Source of the DNA: the human T2T-CHM13v2.0 reference genome, Homo sapiens
Reading direction: 5' to 3' (one strand)
NCBI RefSeq assembly: GCF_009914755.1
Contig: NC_060942.1
DNA: 64,000 nt
A program made the position numbers and the translations under genes. The notes below the pieces were generated by a model. The model was not told where the DNA came from. It did not search any database and was given only the letters and a program-made list of their open reading frames with translations. Of the stretch, positions 14,412 through 32,660 are shown in pieces; the stretch's first letter is position 1; each line of letters starts with the position of its first letter.

Positions 14412-15050
14412 AGCCTCAGGTATTTGTACACACGTGTTCATAACAGCATTATTCATCGTAGTCAAAAGGTAGAAACAAGCCAATGCCATGGATGGATGAA
14501 CGGATAAAGAAAATGTGGTCCATACATACAGTAGAGTGTGAGTCAGCCTTTACAAAGAAGGGGATTCTAAAATATAGAAATACAATTAAAATTTTTACAA
14601 AGAAAGGGAAATCTCCATCCGATAACAACATGGATGAACCTTAAAGATATTATACTAAGTGAAATAAAAGGACAAATACTGTATGATTCCACTTCTATGA
14701 GGCATCCAAAATAGTTAATTTATAATATATAGAGACAGAAAGCAGAATGTGGGTTGCCAGGGGCTGGGTGGAGAGGGAAAGGGGACTTGTTTAACGGGCA
14801 CAGAGTTGCAGGTTTGCAAGATGATAAGAGTTCTGGAGACAGGTTGCACAACCACATGAATACAATGGTTAGCATGCAGAACTGAATGGGGAGTTACTGT
14901 TGAATGGATACACAGTTTCAGTTTGGGAAGATAATGCATAGTGGAGATAGTTGCACAAGGAAATGAATGTACTTAGTGCCACGTAACTGTACACTTAACA
15001 TGGTTAAAATGGTAGCTTTTATGTTACGTAGATTTTACCAGAGTTAGGAA
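14412..15050 (+). mobile_element. L1MA/L1MB 3' end fragments
   Basis: ggataaagaaaatgtgg, acaacatggatgaacctt, ggacaaatactgtatgattccactt, tggttaaaatggta. Confidence 0.85.
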
Positions 15051-15268
15051 AAAGAAAACATTTAAAAAAAAGGTATGGTTCCTTCAAACTCAGAACCTTT
15101 CTGTAGGGGAGCCGTCTTCCCCAGCTAGCATAGCAGCTCCTCAAAGTTTAGGAAATGGCAAAGGATAAATGAACATGTTCTCTAGTGAAAAATACAAAAC
15201 CAAACTAGGAAGAAGCAGATGCAGGGGAAATAATGAGGAGTTGGCACCTCTTTGAGCTTCGCCTGTGC

Positions 15269-15454
15269 CAGTGGCTCCCAAAGGTCAACGTGCCTCAGAA
15301 TACTGAGAGGGATTGTGAAAACATGGATTGCATTTCTTTTTTTTCTTTTTTTTTTTTTACATAAAATCTTTCAGAAAAGATGCATTTGCATTTCTAACAA
15401 GTTCCCAAGTGATGCTGATGTTGTAATTCGGGTACCACACTTTGAGAACCGCTG
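15269..15454 (-). mobile_element. MER5A-like hAT-Charlie MITE
   Basis: TIRs cagtggctcccaaa / tttgagaaccgctg; tgcatttctaacaagttccc. Confidence 0.75.
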
Positions 15455-15491
15455 GCCTATCCAAATCTCTTTAAACTATAAAACCCATAGT

Positions 15492-15639
15492 CAAGGGGTT
15501 CTCAAATTTCTGTAGGAGGATTTACCTGCAATGTTGTTGTAATTCCAGATTCCTAAGCCCTATAAAAATATGTTATTTTTAAAGCTTCCCCCCCGATTCT
15601 GATACAGCAGGTGCTCATTCCATAGGCTGATAAATGCTG
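15492..15639. mobile_element. Degenerate MER5-family MITE
   Basis: caaggggttctcaaa...cagattcct...gattctgat. Confidence 0.5.
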
Positions 15640-15662
15640 CCTTAAGCATGCATTAATTAGCC

Positions 15663-15849
15663 CAGTGATTTTCAAAGTGTGGTCTGTGGACCACCAGCCA
15701 CAGCATCACCTGGGTACTAATTAGAAAACCAAACCTCAGTCCCCACCCTGACCTACTGAATCAGATACTCTGGGGGTGGAGCCCGACAATCTGTGTTTCA
15801 ACAAGCCCTTTGGGTGGTTCTGATTCACACTCAAGTTTGAGAATCACTG
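15663..15849 (+). mobile_element. MER5A (complete)
   Basis: TIRs cagtgattttcaaa / tttgagaatcactg; gacctactgaatcaga core. Confidence 0.9.
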
Positions 15850-15942
15850 AGTTAGATCTTTGACAACTCTTTTCTCATTGATATACTGATGGTAAGCAAG
15901 AGCTTTTGGACAATGGATGGGAAGTTTCACCATGTATGTGAC

Positions 15943-16219
15943 CAGGGCTGGCTCTGTTGCCCAGGCTGGAGTGCCATGGCACAATCATGGCTCACTGCAG
16001 CTCTGATTTCCCAGGCTCAAGTGATCCTCCCGCCTCAGCCTCCTGAGTAGCTGGGACTGCAGGCATGCACCACCATGCCTGGCTAATTTTTGTATTTTTT
16101 GTAGAGATAGGGTTTCGCCATGTTGCCCAGGCTGGTCTCCAATTCCTGGGCTCAAGTAATCCTTCTGCCTCAGTCTCCTAAAGTGCTGGGATTACAGGTG
16201 TGAGCCGCCACACTTGGCC
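15943..16219 (-). mobile_element. AluJ lacking its poly(A) tail
   Basis: Both arms present, no poly(T) at 3' end. Confidence 0.9.
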
Positions 16220-16361
16220 TATTCCTTTTTTTTTTTTTTTTTCATATTGGCCTAGAAATGTAATTTGTATATTCTTGGGGTTGGAAAGGTTAATGAAGAG
16301 AATTAGAAATACTCTGATACTGGAGGCCACATCTAACATAATTGATAGAAACTTCAAGGAA

Positions 16362-16686
<325 letters not shown>

Positions 16687-16827
16687 TTAGGAAGAGGAGC
16701 CACTTTCTCCCATTGGAAGGGCTGTGGCCATGAGCAAGCTGTTCTTGGGGATGTAGTGAGTGGGCTGTTGTGGGAGGTGGTCCGTTTGCAGGTCATAAGG
16801 AAATCTAAGAACAAACTAGACTGGGTC

Positions 16828-17387
<560 letters not shown>

Positions 17388-17489
17388 TAGTTTCTAAGGG
17401 TTGGAAAGTGAGAAAAGATTAAAGAATTTTCTTCTGCACATAAGAGGTCTACATTAAAAACTAACATGGATGATGGTGTCTTCAACTCC

Positions 17490-17710
17490 ACTAACAGTGC
17501 CTGTAAGAAATGAATTTAAACTACAGCAGAAAGGATTGCATTAAAGGAAAAAAATATTCTTGGCAATGAGGATTATTAAACACTGGGATGAGCTAAAATA
17601 GTTGATTGTGGAAGATTCTTCTCGGAGAATTTTTAAAGGATGGCTTCTCATCTGTCTGGAATGATGCTGGGGGAACATTTTAAATTCCCTCCTAACCATG
17701 ATTCTGATGT
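17490..17710 (+). mobile_element. L3/CR1 LINE 3' fragment
   Basis: agaaatgaatttaaactacagcag...ttaaacactggga...ttgtggaa..tcttctcggagaatttttaa. Confidence 0.65.
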
Positions 17711-18000
17711 TCACATCTACATAACAGCACATTAAACTAATAAGGACTCTGTGTCCCTCAAGCTTATAAAAGAGTCTTAAGTGGAAGCTTCCCCCACTAT
17801 TAGATTGCTAGTAAAACAGAATTAGCAAGTGGTGAATAGATACAATATTAATATACTAATAATAACTTGGTTTCAATAGGAGGAAAGCCCAATGTCTCGT
17901 TTGCCAGTCACTTAATCTTCTGTGAATGATTTAAGAGGCTTCAGCTTTTTTCCACAGATTTGTGGAACCAAAGTCTCCAATAAAGAAAAATAAGAAATCA

Positions 18001-18364
<364 letters not shown>

Positions 18365-18739
18365 TCAACTTCTACCTGATCATATCTTTCTGTGGTTCTG
18401 ATTTTAAGTTACAGTTGGAATTAGACATCAAGGCAAAGGTTGCTGAAAAGGGAAGATCTTAAAGTAGAAAAAGAGCCAGGAAGGAAGCCTCTGAACAAAC
18501 ACAGATAGGAATAGCAGCTTGAGAGAACAGGCCCCCACCCTGGATATAAAGTGGGGAGCTGACACCGCGCCAGGACAGAGGCGTCAGAGCCAGCAGTGAA
18601 CCCAGCTGGGGACGAGGCCAGAAGGGACACAGCCATCACGGGGTTGAAATCTCTTAAGCATTCCTGATTCAGGAAAGATTGTCTTAGTCAGATGCTTGCA
18701 ATTTTTCAGTAGGCGGCACACCCAAAACTGATGTAGACG

Positions 18740-19047
18740 GGCCGGGCGAGGTGGCTCACGCCGGTAATCCCAGCACCCTGGGAGGCCGAGGCAGGAGGAT
18801 TGCTTGAGCCCAGGAGTTTGAGACCAGCCTGGGCAGCATGACAAAGCCCCGTCTCTACAAAAAATACAAAAGTTAGTCAGGCCTGGTGGCATGTGCCTGT
18901 AGACCCAGCTACTCAGATGGGAGAAGCACCAGAGCCCGAGGAAGTCAAGGCTGCGGTGAGCTATGATCACACCACCGCACTACAGCCTGGGCAACAGATT
19001 GAGACCGTGTCTCAAAAAAACAAAAAACAAAAAACAAAAAACAAAAC
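18740..19047 (+). mobile_element. AluJ
   Basis: Full length; TSD aac(t/g)gatgtaga. Confidence 0.95.
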
Positions 19048-19158
19048 GGATGTAGAGTTTATGAAACCCTTTCACTCTGTTTAGAAAATCCAGGAGGCTC
19101 CTTCTGTGAAGAAGCATGTTTGTAATGTGCAGCATCATGGTTTAAAATGTTTGCCTTG

Positions 19159-19457
19159 GGCCTGATGTGATGGCTCACACCTGTAATCCCAGCACTTTAG
19201 GAGGCTGAGTGGGGAGAATCAGTTGAAGCCAAGAGTTTGAGGCCAGCCTGGGCAACACAGAGAGACCATCTCTCTACAAATTAAAAAAATTACCTGAGCA
19301 TGGTGGCACAGGCCTGTAGTCCTAACTACTCAGGAGGCTGAGGCGAGGATTGCTTGAGCCCAGGATTTAGAGGCTACAGTGAACTGTGATCATGCCACTG
19401 CACTCCAGGCTGTGCAACAGAGCAAAATCCTGTCTCCAAAAATTTTAATTTAAAAAA
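19159..19457 (+). mobile_element. AluJ
   Basis: Diverged full-length Alu. Confidence 0.95.
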
Positions 19458-19465
19458 GGTTTGGA

Positions 19466-19768
<303 letters not shown>

Positions 19769-20810
19769 TCAAGTGACTTGGATTAAAACCTTCCTCTACC
19801 ACTTGACTGCAGGCGTGATTCTCAACATCTCTGAGCCTCAGTTTCCTTATTTGAAATAGGAGGACTAATTAGAACTGTGTTATTGAGGTGATTTTATGAG
19901 ATAATGACTATGTACAGGGGCAGGCAATGGTCAGTGCTCGACAAATGTTAGCTTTCCACCATTTTTCTACAGAACTGCGTGGCTAAACTCTCAGGTTCCC
20001 TAAAGCAGTGCCTCCCAAATGCTAGGGTAAGACCTGGCACCAGCCTGTGACAAAGTTTTCAGCATTCCTTGGCAAAGGGGAGAAGTGAGGAGAATGTTCT
20101 GCGTGCAGGGTGGTATTCAGTGGCCAAGGACAGAGTTCTTTCTTGGGAAGCAATGCTCTTTCCTCTGAGGACGTACAATGTCCTTTGCTTTTGGAAGTAA
20201 TGATCATAGTAGAAGACATTTTAAGTTTCATGTTCTTTGCAGCTTTACGTTAGTCTTTAATTTTTTCTTCCTGGACCATGAAATCCAAGTGTCCAGGAAC
20301 CATTCGAAAGGATATGAGAAAATACAAAGAGGGGTGGGCTGGGCAATGGCTCAGTGATTCTGCTTGGTGGTCCAAGGGCGTGAGCGTGGCAGGTGTATCT
20401 TCTACTTCTTTTACCACCACAGACTTCTCTTCGTGCTCTCATGTTCTTCCTTCTCATGTTTTTTTTTTTCCTTCACCAATTTCTCCCTCTCATTGGGTAT
20501 GTTTCTAACTGTATTCTCCCTCTTGCTTTTGCTCCAGGCTGTTAGGCTATTTTCTCTTGTTTGTGGCAATTCCCCCCCTATTCATGCCCTGTTTCTCCTC
20601 CCCTTCACACACTTTAGATTTGTTTCTGGTTTTGCACCTGATTCTTTTTTTTTAAGCCATAAGTGCTGCATCCCCAGGTGTGCCCATGTACCCAGGTAAC
20701 AGTGGTGGGGGACAGGTACAGGCTGTGTGCAGTAGAGCAGACACTGTGTTCATCCCCTCCAGACAGGGGTTTGTGCTGAAACAGGACAGCAGACGTGGCC
20801 CTTTCCTAGG

Positions 20811-21498
<688 letters not shown>

Positions 21499-21609
21499 GC
21501 TTTTCAGATGGTTCTGTCTCCATATTCATGACACGTCGTGTAACATTGCATTTTAGCAATGAAGATCATTCCTCCGGTGGTTGCATTTTTTTCCCCAGGG
21601 ACAGCCAGC

Positions 21610-21708
21610 TAGGCCAACTTATCACAGTTTACCTGGGACTTTCCTGGTTTTAGCACTAAAAGTCCCACCTGGGCAACCTCTGGCAAGCTGCGACAGTTGA
21701 TCACCCTA
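21610..21708. mobile_element. MER81-like hAT-Blackjack MITE
   Basis: ctggttttagcactaaaagtccc core, tcacccta end, degenerate 8-bp TSD (c/g)agccag(c/t). Confidence 0.75.
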
Positions 21709-22531
21709 GAGCCAGTGGTGGTGAACCCCCTACTGGACTGTTGGTCAAAGATTAGGCACAGGTAGGTCTAAGTTCAGATAATGAAACCGATCAGGAGAGA
21801 TTTCTGGGATCATTTATCCCATACAGGGGCTGGGATCATTTAACCCAGAGCAGAGAAAGCTGAGGTGGGGATGGGAGGGGGCTATTTTGGTAACAACCTT
21901 CACGTGTGTTTGCTGAGTGTACTTGAATGTGTGTCCAGCTGCGGTCCATCTCCACCCGAAATCAGAGCCAGAGGAAATGGATGGGAGTGGAGTCTGAATT
22001 TACTCACAAAGTTGAATTTCCTGCCAGTAAGTATTCTTAGACACTAGAATGAGTTTCTAAGACAGATTAGGCATTGTCCTTGGCGGTCCTCAGCACAGTA
22101 AATTCCTGAGGGCTTTAAGAGTTTAGGTGTGGCCCGAGAGCTGAGGGGATGGGCAAAACATATTTCCAAGATTCCTTCCAACCCTAGGACTCTGTTTCCA
22201 TCTACCCACCAATTATGGCTCTAATTATTTTTCTTGTCCTCTTTTGCCCCTAGTTAAACCTTATGATGAGCAAGAAAAAAGTGGTTTGATTATAGTCTCC
22301 TTAAGGAACCAATGAAGCTTCCCCACAGCGTGATGGAGAGGAAAGGTTAGCATGTTTGTTTGTTTTTCCCTAAGGAATGCTTACATTTAGAAAAGATTAT
22401 TTATTGCTCAACTTGATAACAGCAATATTAAAAGTTTAAAACAAAGAGAAAAATTCCCTGTAATCCTACTACTCCAACAGACTAGCCCACCCCACTTTTC
22501 TTCCCACTCATCATTCTGAGATTTCCTGAGG

Positions 22532-22851
<320 letters not shown>

Positions 22852-23206
22852 TAGCATTTAACTTGGCATCCAACTTTACTCATTTAGGATTCTCACATTA
22901 CAGCAATTGGACCTTATGGAGTAATTAAAGTAAAAAGCAAAGCAAACCAAACTAAAAGGAAATCCTAGTTAATTGAGTTATTTCTAATTTTTGAAATCAG
23001 CTTGTTTTCCTTCATGGAATTGTCTCACATTCTGGGAAATCAAGCTGAGCCGTCTGGTGAACAGTTGTTTCCAATCGATAGGCTTTGAGGTTGGCGATGG
23101 GTTCTTATTGTTTTAGGGATTTTTCCCTTTCATATAAACAGTTTCCTTTGTTGGAAATTGAGCCCCTGCTACACTAAACCTGAGCATCTCTTTCCACTGT
23201 GCTATC

Positions 23207-23527
<321 letters not shown>

Positions 23528-24144
23528 TAAGTTGTGACTCATCACTGATCGTGGCCCACCAACTCTGAGGTCAGATGCTGACAGTGTAAACTCTGGCTGA
23601 TCTGATCAGCTCCCCACAGAAGTTCCTTGACTTCTGTCTACCCCGGTGCTGACACAGTTCCCACCCCAGCCCACCACACTTGCACCCATAGTCTCATCCG
23701 GGTTACTCTGTGTGTTCACAAACTCAAATGGCAACGAAAAGCTTAGCCAGTGGTAACCAAAGTAACAGGACTGGGGCCAGGAAAAATCCTTAACTCAGAG
23801 AACAACATCTTGATTCTTGCGTGAGTGGTTTTTCAGGTAAGAATATAAAATAGTTTTAGTTTCACCTTTGGATATAAAGTAGATGAAATAAATTATGCTC
23901 AAAAGAGGTATAATGTATGAGGCCCTGTATAGATACTGATTTTATCTTTAAGCAAGCGGTTGTTAAAAAGCAGCAAGGCCATAGAGCAGGATGCAATGTA
24001 GAAACCAGTAAAGGGTTTAATATGATGCCTTTTATTACATGATTTAAACAATAAGCCTGGGGTTTTTCCCCACATGGATTCTTCCTTTAAGAAGGAGAAC
24101 AATGCCTTTTGTCTTGTTTTGGTTTCCGCTGGGTGTCCATTTAG

Positions 24145-24750
<606 letters not shown>

Positions 24751-24835
24751 AGTACCTATGTTTTAATGTGTGTTCTTCCAACTCACCTTCCATACCTTCA
24801 TATACATAACATCATCTATATAATATAGACTTTAA

Positions 24836-25195
<360 letters not shown>

Positions 25196-25914
25196 CATTC
25201 AACGTGTTTTTGAGATCTAGCCATGTTGATAGAAGTAAATCTTATTTACTGATCTGGCTGCCTTATGGTTTTCCCATCCTATGCATATACCACATTTTCC
25301 TTACACACCCTCCCACTAAGGGATGGCTTACACTGGCAGACGATGCTACTGCAAACTGACATAAATCTCTTTGTGCATCTGTCAGAAGGATTCTCTGGGA
25401 TATCACCCAGGAACTGTACTGCTGGATCACATGAGAGTATACATATGTGCATGTTTTCACAAAATGCTTCCCAACTGACCTTCACAAATGACAACAGAAG
25501 GTGACTCCTGCCCATCTGTAGTGTAATGAGGAGTTTCATTTCCCCATGTCCTTGTCAGCACTTGATATCATACAACTTTTTATTTCTTGCCATTCTAATA
25601 GTTGTAGTATCTCATTTTTAACATACTCTATTTTTTTGATTACTAATGAGTTTGAGAGTCTCTTCACATATTTATTAACTACTCTGGTTTTACTTCTGGT
25701 GCACTTCTCATTCAGGTTTTGCCTACTTAAAACTTTTTTCTTGCAATTGCAAGTGTCCCTTAGATTTTTTACATTTTAATCTTCAGTCCTGGTTCTGCAA
25801 AATATTTTCTTCCAGCCCATCTCCTGTCTGTTACCTTTCATCTAGGGTGTTTACTTTTGATGTTGTTAAATCCATTAATTTTTCCTTTGAGATTTACACT
25901 TTTTGTGCCCTGCT

Positions 25915-26342
25915 TGAATCAGTTAGCTTTTGCTATGTAACAAACCACACCAAAGCATAGTGGCTTAAGCCAACAAGGATTCATTGCTGTGGGATTAATT
26001 GCTTCTGAACGGGGCCTGATGGGCGGGGGCTGGATGATCTGGGGGGCCTCACTCACATCATGGCCCCAGCTGGGATGGCTGGGCCTCTTACTCCACACGG
26101 CCTTTCACCCTCCAACAGGGCAGCCCAGGGTTCCGCACACGGCGGCTCCGGGATTCCAGCGCAGGAGAGGGCAAGCCTGGTGGACCTGAGCTTTCCAGGC
26201 CTCTCCTTCTTCACATTTGTTAATGCCCAGTGGACCAAAACAAGCCACATGGCCACACCCAAACTCAAGGAGTCAAATAAAAGCCCCCACCTCCTGCTGG
26301 GAGAAGCTGCCAGTGCAGTTGTTACTTTTCTCAATCTACTGT
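25915..26342 (-). mobile_element. Old MaLR LTR (MLT1H/I-like)
   Basis: tcagttagcttttgctatgtaacaaaccac..agtggcttaa; caaaacaagccacatggcc; end caatctac. Confidence 0.7.
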
Positions 26343-26357
26343 GCCACTCTAAGCTTA

Positions 26358-26671
<314 letters not shown>

Positions 26672-26824
26672 AGATAGTTCTAGATTTCTTATTAGTAGTT
26701 TTATAGTCTTAAAACTATTTGGCATTTCTTTTTTTCTTTATATTGTGATTTTTAATTCATTGAAATCATTTAAATCTTTATAAACAGTAAATATTAATAT
26801 ATGTGTTATGTATCAATATAATTA

Positions 26825-27152
<328 letters not shown>

Positions 27153-27176
27153 ATTTAAATTTTGAATTTTATTTAA

Positions 27177-27930
<754 letters not shown>

Positions 27931-28753
27931 GGGGATTTGACAGTATCAAGTAGTGTTGTTCCTCCACCCTTGCATCTCACCAGACTTCAAACGGTGTAGG
28001 TGTGGCCTAATGGAATTCTTACAATATCGTAATAAAACTCTGAATCTGAGTAAAAAGCATGTTATCCAGGGTTTATATTAATATTTGAGATGACATCATT
28101 TATCATGCCTTCTAAAATGCACCAAATGATTCACTTCAAAATGAAATCAGTCTGCTGAAGTATTCACCCAAGAGATTTTAATAGATTTTTCTTTCCCAGT
28201 AACGCAGGAGGTCAGTTCTCAGTAAAACACACAAAGGCATAAGGTCATGAGCTATTCTCTCTGAAATCTCCTTCATTTCAGCCGTTCCCAAGTGTTAGAA
28301 TTAATTGCTCAACTGTAAGAACTGCGACCCAGAGAAGTTTCAAGAACCAGCCAGATGGGAGAGAGTTTTACAACACACATGGACTTACACCCTAGCAACA
28401 AAAAGACCAAAGGAGGAAAAAACTCACATTTCCATTGTTAGCACTGTGCCTATAATTTTCCTTTGTTTTAGGGGACAAAAACTGAGACAGATGATGGGTT
28501 AAACTTAATATACCTGAATTTTCATAGTGTTGGGTGCTAGGGGTTGTCAATATTTGCTCAGAAAAAGATGGTAACTGCTTGTCATTTTTGCAGAGAAGAA
28601 AGAATATAATGAACCTTTTGAGAAACACGTTTCGACAGTTTGAGAAGGCTTTGTCTTTTGGACACAGCAGCATGTTTAGCAGAATGATTACCTGGTCTAG
28701 AGAGCAAATAGTATATGCATTATTTTCTTGTTGTTGTTTAAGACTTTTTTTCA

Positions 28754-29067
28754 CGCCTGGCGTGGTGGCTCACACCTGTAAGCCCAGCACTTTGGGAAGC
28801 CGAGGCAGACAGATTGCTTGAACTCAGGAGTTCAAGATCAGCTTGGGCAACATGGGGTCTTGCTATGTTGCACAGGCTGGTCTTGAAAAAATAAAAAATT
28901 AGCTGGACATGTTGGCGTGAGCCTGTAGTCCCAGCTCCTCAGGAGGCTGAGGTGGCAGGATTGCTTGAGCCTAGGAGGTTGAGGCTACAGTGAGCTGTGA
29001 TTGTGCCAGTCCACTTCAGCCTGGGTGACAGAGCAAGACCCTGTCTCAAAAAAGAAAAATAAAAAAA
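28754..29067 (+). mobile_element. AluJ with internal inverted segment
   Basis: Antisense Alu segment at 28852-28886; flanking repeat gactttt. Confidence 0.95.
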
Positions 29068-29292
29068 GGACTTTTCCTTATTTTTACATTTTTTTGTTTT
29101 CACTGCATTTTTACTGCATTTTTAATCCCCCTTTTTTGCATTCATTTTAAATATCTGGATCCACTGCAAGTACTTCCGTCGATGAGAAGGCATGACATAG
29201 TAGATTCTCAGTTGCTCAGTTCAAAGCACCAACATGCCACTTAGTCAAAGAACCTTAGGCAAGCCACACTCTGACACAGAAGGGGTTCAGAT

Positions 29293-29629
29293 CAGCAGTC
29301 CCCAACCCTTTTGGCACCAGGGACTGGTTTTGTGGAAGATAATTTTTCCACGGACGTGTTGGTTGGGGTTGATGGATTCCAGATGAAACTGATCCACCTC
29401 AGATCATCAGGCATTAGGTCCTCATAAGGAGCATGCAATCTAGATCCTTCGTATGCACAGTTCACAATAGGGTTCACGCTCCTATGAGAATCTAATGCCA
29501 CTGCTGATCTGACAGGAGGCGGAGCTCAGGTGGTCGTGCTCACTCACCTACCACTCACTCCTGTGTGGCCCCATTTCTTACAAGCCGCAGACCAGTACTG
29601 GACTATGGCCTGCGGGTTGGGGACCCCTG
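29293..29629 (+). mobile_element. MER1B (hAT-Charlie) complete
   Basis: TIRs cagcagtccccaacc / ggttggggacccctg; 8-bp TSD gtt(c/t)agat. Confidence 0.9.
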
Positions 29630-30423
29630 GTTTAGATGAACCCAAATGTCCTCTCAATCACTAAGATTCTCCATAGCTTCTTGAACTCTTGAGCTTTGGA
29701 GATCATTCTCGAAGTTTCTATAAATAAAAGTGGAAATCAGCCCCCTCCTTAAAACCAGTGAGAGGCTTAGAGAGCACAGTAATCATGATGTTTCTGTAAT
29801 CCTCCCAGAACCGAATCAGAAATGGCCAGGACACTGAGGCATTCACATGATAGCGAGGAGCAAAGTGCAGGCTTAATGTGTCCTTCCAAAGTCCACATTT
29901 CTTCTGCTAGCAATTTCTTAAATTGCCACAGAAATTGAAATGGATAAGAATTTTGGTTTGTCAACAAGATAAAAAACTCACAGATAAAGTGAGTTATCTG
30001 CTTTTTGTTCAGACCAAAAGGTGACTTTACCAGAAATTATGCTGGACATCTAGGGAATTAATCTGGATGAGTGAGCTCAGCCTGACATAAAGATGCTTCA
30101 ATGCCCTTCTTAGCAATGATGCTGAAATAGCAACAGCTTTAGCTTGCTGAGGCAATAACAGCTGCCAGGGCAAAAAAGAGAAATGAGAAAATCAAAGCCA
30201 TTCTGAGGTATGAGGCAGCAATTAAGAGAATCTCCCCTTGAAGGGCTTACTTAAGTAAGCAATCATTCAACCAATATCCATTTATTACCTACTAATCAAG
30301 ACATCAGATCTGTATTCTCTGCCTTCCAGGAGCTTATGATTTAGGTAACAGCTACCACCTCTTCTCCAGACTAAAGAACCCCAGTGCCTGCGCCTCTTTC
30401 TGACATTGCACCTCACCCCGTAA

Positions 30424-30780
<357 letters not shown>

Positions 30781-31559
30781 ATGTTTGATTTTTCGATCCC
30801 TTTGGATTCTCAGGTCCCCATCTTGGGAATCCACCCCTTTGTTGGCTTTAGCTGCCTGTGTCCTGGCGTATTTCTGGCGAATCATTTTTTATTCTTGGAA
30901 TCCACTTCAATTGCTGTTGTGTTCGCCTTTCCAACTTCATCACACATTTAGCCCCTAGTCCTGCTGAATTCTGCAGCCCGAGGCCTTCTACGCTGCTGTG
31001 GCGCTCCGAGGCTTCCCTGCTGACATCCTAGTGGCCCCAGCAGAGCCCCATCTATTGGTTGAAGCTCCTCTTCAGCCTGTCCTCTCCTGGACGTGACTCT
31101 TCCTTGTACTCACAAATGTACCTTGACACAATAAATGTACCTGTTTTGAGTCCCTGCATCTCTCTGTCAGGTGATGCACCACTGGACATGCCCACTGTAG
31201 TGTCCAGAAGGTAGCTTGCTATTGTTTGAGCAGAGAAGACCAGAGAAAGAGCAATCTCTCCTTTGTTCTTGGAACCTGCTTCCTCAGGGCTCCAACTGAA
31301 GACTCAAACCGAGACCTTTCTTGAGTTAAAACTATAGAGATAATGTTATTAGAGATAAAAGGTTCCAGATGAAAGAGAAATTGGCTTCCTCCAGAAGTGA
31401 AGAGTTTTCTCTGGAAGATGAGGCAATGGTGACAAAGGAAATACTCATTCTTTGATGCCTAGTCAGCAAGAGGACGCATTTCCCAAAAGTCCACATCTGT
31501 GTGGGGGTTGGGTGCACGAAGCATAGCACTGAGTGATTATCAGGGGAGACACAGTAGTT

Positions 31560-32320
31560 CAAATTGCAGTTCAACTTCTTTAGCCCATCATCCACTTCCT
31601 CCTTAGCCCTGTTAGTGACACCATTAAATGACCAGTCACCAGATTTGGAAAACCTCCCTTCAGCCTAATAAAAATCCACTGAGTGTATCTGTAAACTATG
31701 TCACCCCTTTGACCCCCTCATTATCACTCATGTAGACCAATGCAGTAGCTTCTTAACCCTGAAATTCTTATCCCACCCTTGCCTTCCCCGGCTCCACTCT
31801 AACACAATGGCTTCCCTTTACCTTAAGAAAGGAAGTTCACACTTCTTAGTACAAGAGTCCGAGTTCCCCACTAATTGGCCATCCCCCTCCTTCATCAGCG
31901 TGTGCCCTGTGAAATATAGTGAGGAATGGCCAGATGTTATCCTTGATCTGATCTGATGTTGTAACTCTCATGTTAATTTATGTGCCTGGCACAACGAATG
32001 ACTCATTGCTTAAACATGCCCTATATTTCTACCTGGGTCCTGAGCTCATGTTATTCCTGTGCCTGAACGGCCCTCCTGTCACCTCCTATCTCCTCTCAAG
32101 CTGACCTCAAACATTCAGCAAGTCAGAACAATTCTTCTTCTTGTGTTATAACAATGGCATTTAACATCTTTTGTCTTGTGTTGCATAGGGTTGCTTATGT
32201 GTCTGTCTCTTCTACTTGCTTATAAGCCTTTTGCATCCAGAGAAACGTAATACTCCTCCTTATGGTTGCCACAGTCATTGGTCATCATAGATACTCAAGG
32301 AATGTTTCTTGGAATGAATC
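31560..32320 (+). mobile_element. L2 LINE fragments
   Basis: Pyrimidine-rich L2-like body; terminal catagatactcaaggaatgtttcttggaatgaat. Confidence 0.55.
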
Positions 32321-32359
32321 TGCCCAAATATGAAACCTGAAAGCCTGGTTCCAAAGCTT

Positions 32360-32660
32360 GATATTTACACACACACCTACTTATACTATAGGCACAGCTA
32401 TGTACATGAACATTTAGGCACACATGAACACCCACACCCGCATGCCTACACCTGTGCCCTTGCACACACTCATGTACACTTACACACTCACAAGCTCATA
32501 TGCAAACTCATAACGCACACCACACTTGCACCATAGGCAAACCTATACACACATTCACACACACATACACATGCAAACTCAGATATATATGTATACATAT
32601 ATGTAGATTTGTTCATCCTCACATACATGCACACATATATGCCTGCTCATGCACACACAC
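32360..32660. repeat. Degenerate (CA/TA) alternating low-complexity repeat
   Basis: Read directly. Confidence 0.85.

Noticed and set aside
22263-22269. C-box motif ATGATGA suggesting a C/D snoRNA
   Set aside because: No D box (CTGA) at a suitable distance and no terminal stem.
32330-32660. His/Thr-rich ORF or spacer-like array
   Set aside because: Degenerate CA/TA low-complexity repeat with no fixed repeat-spacer period.
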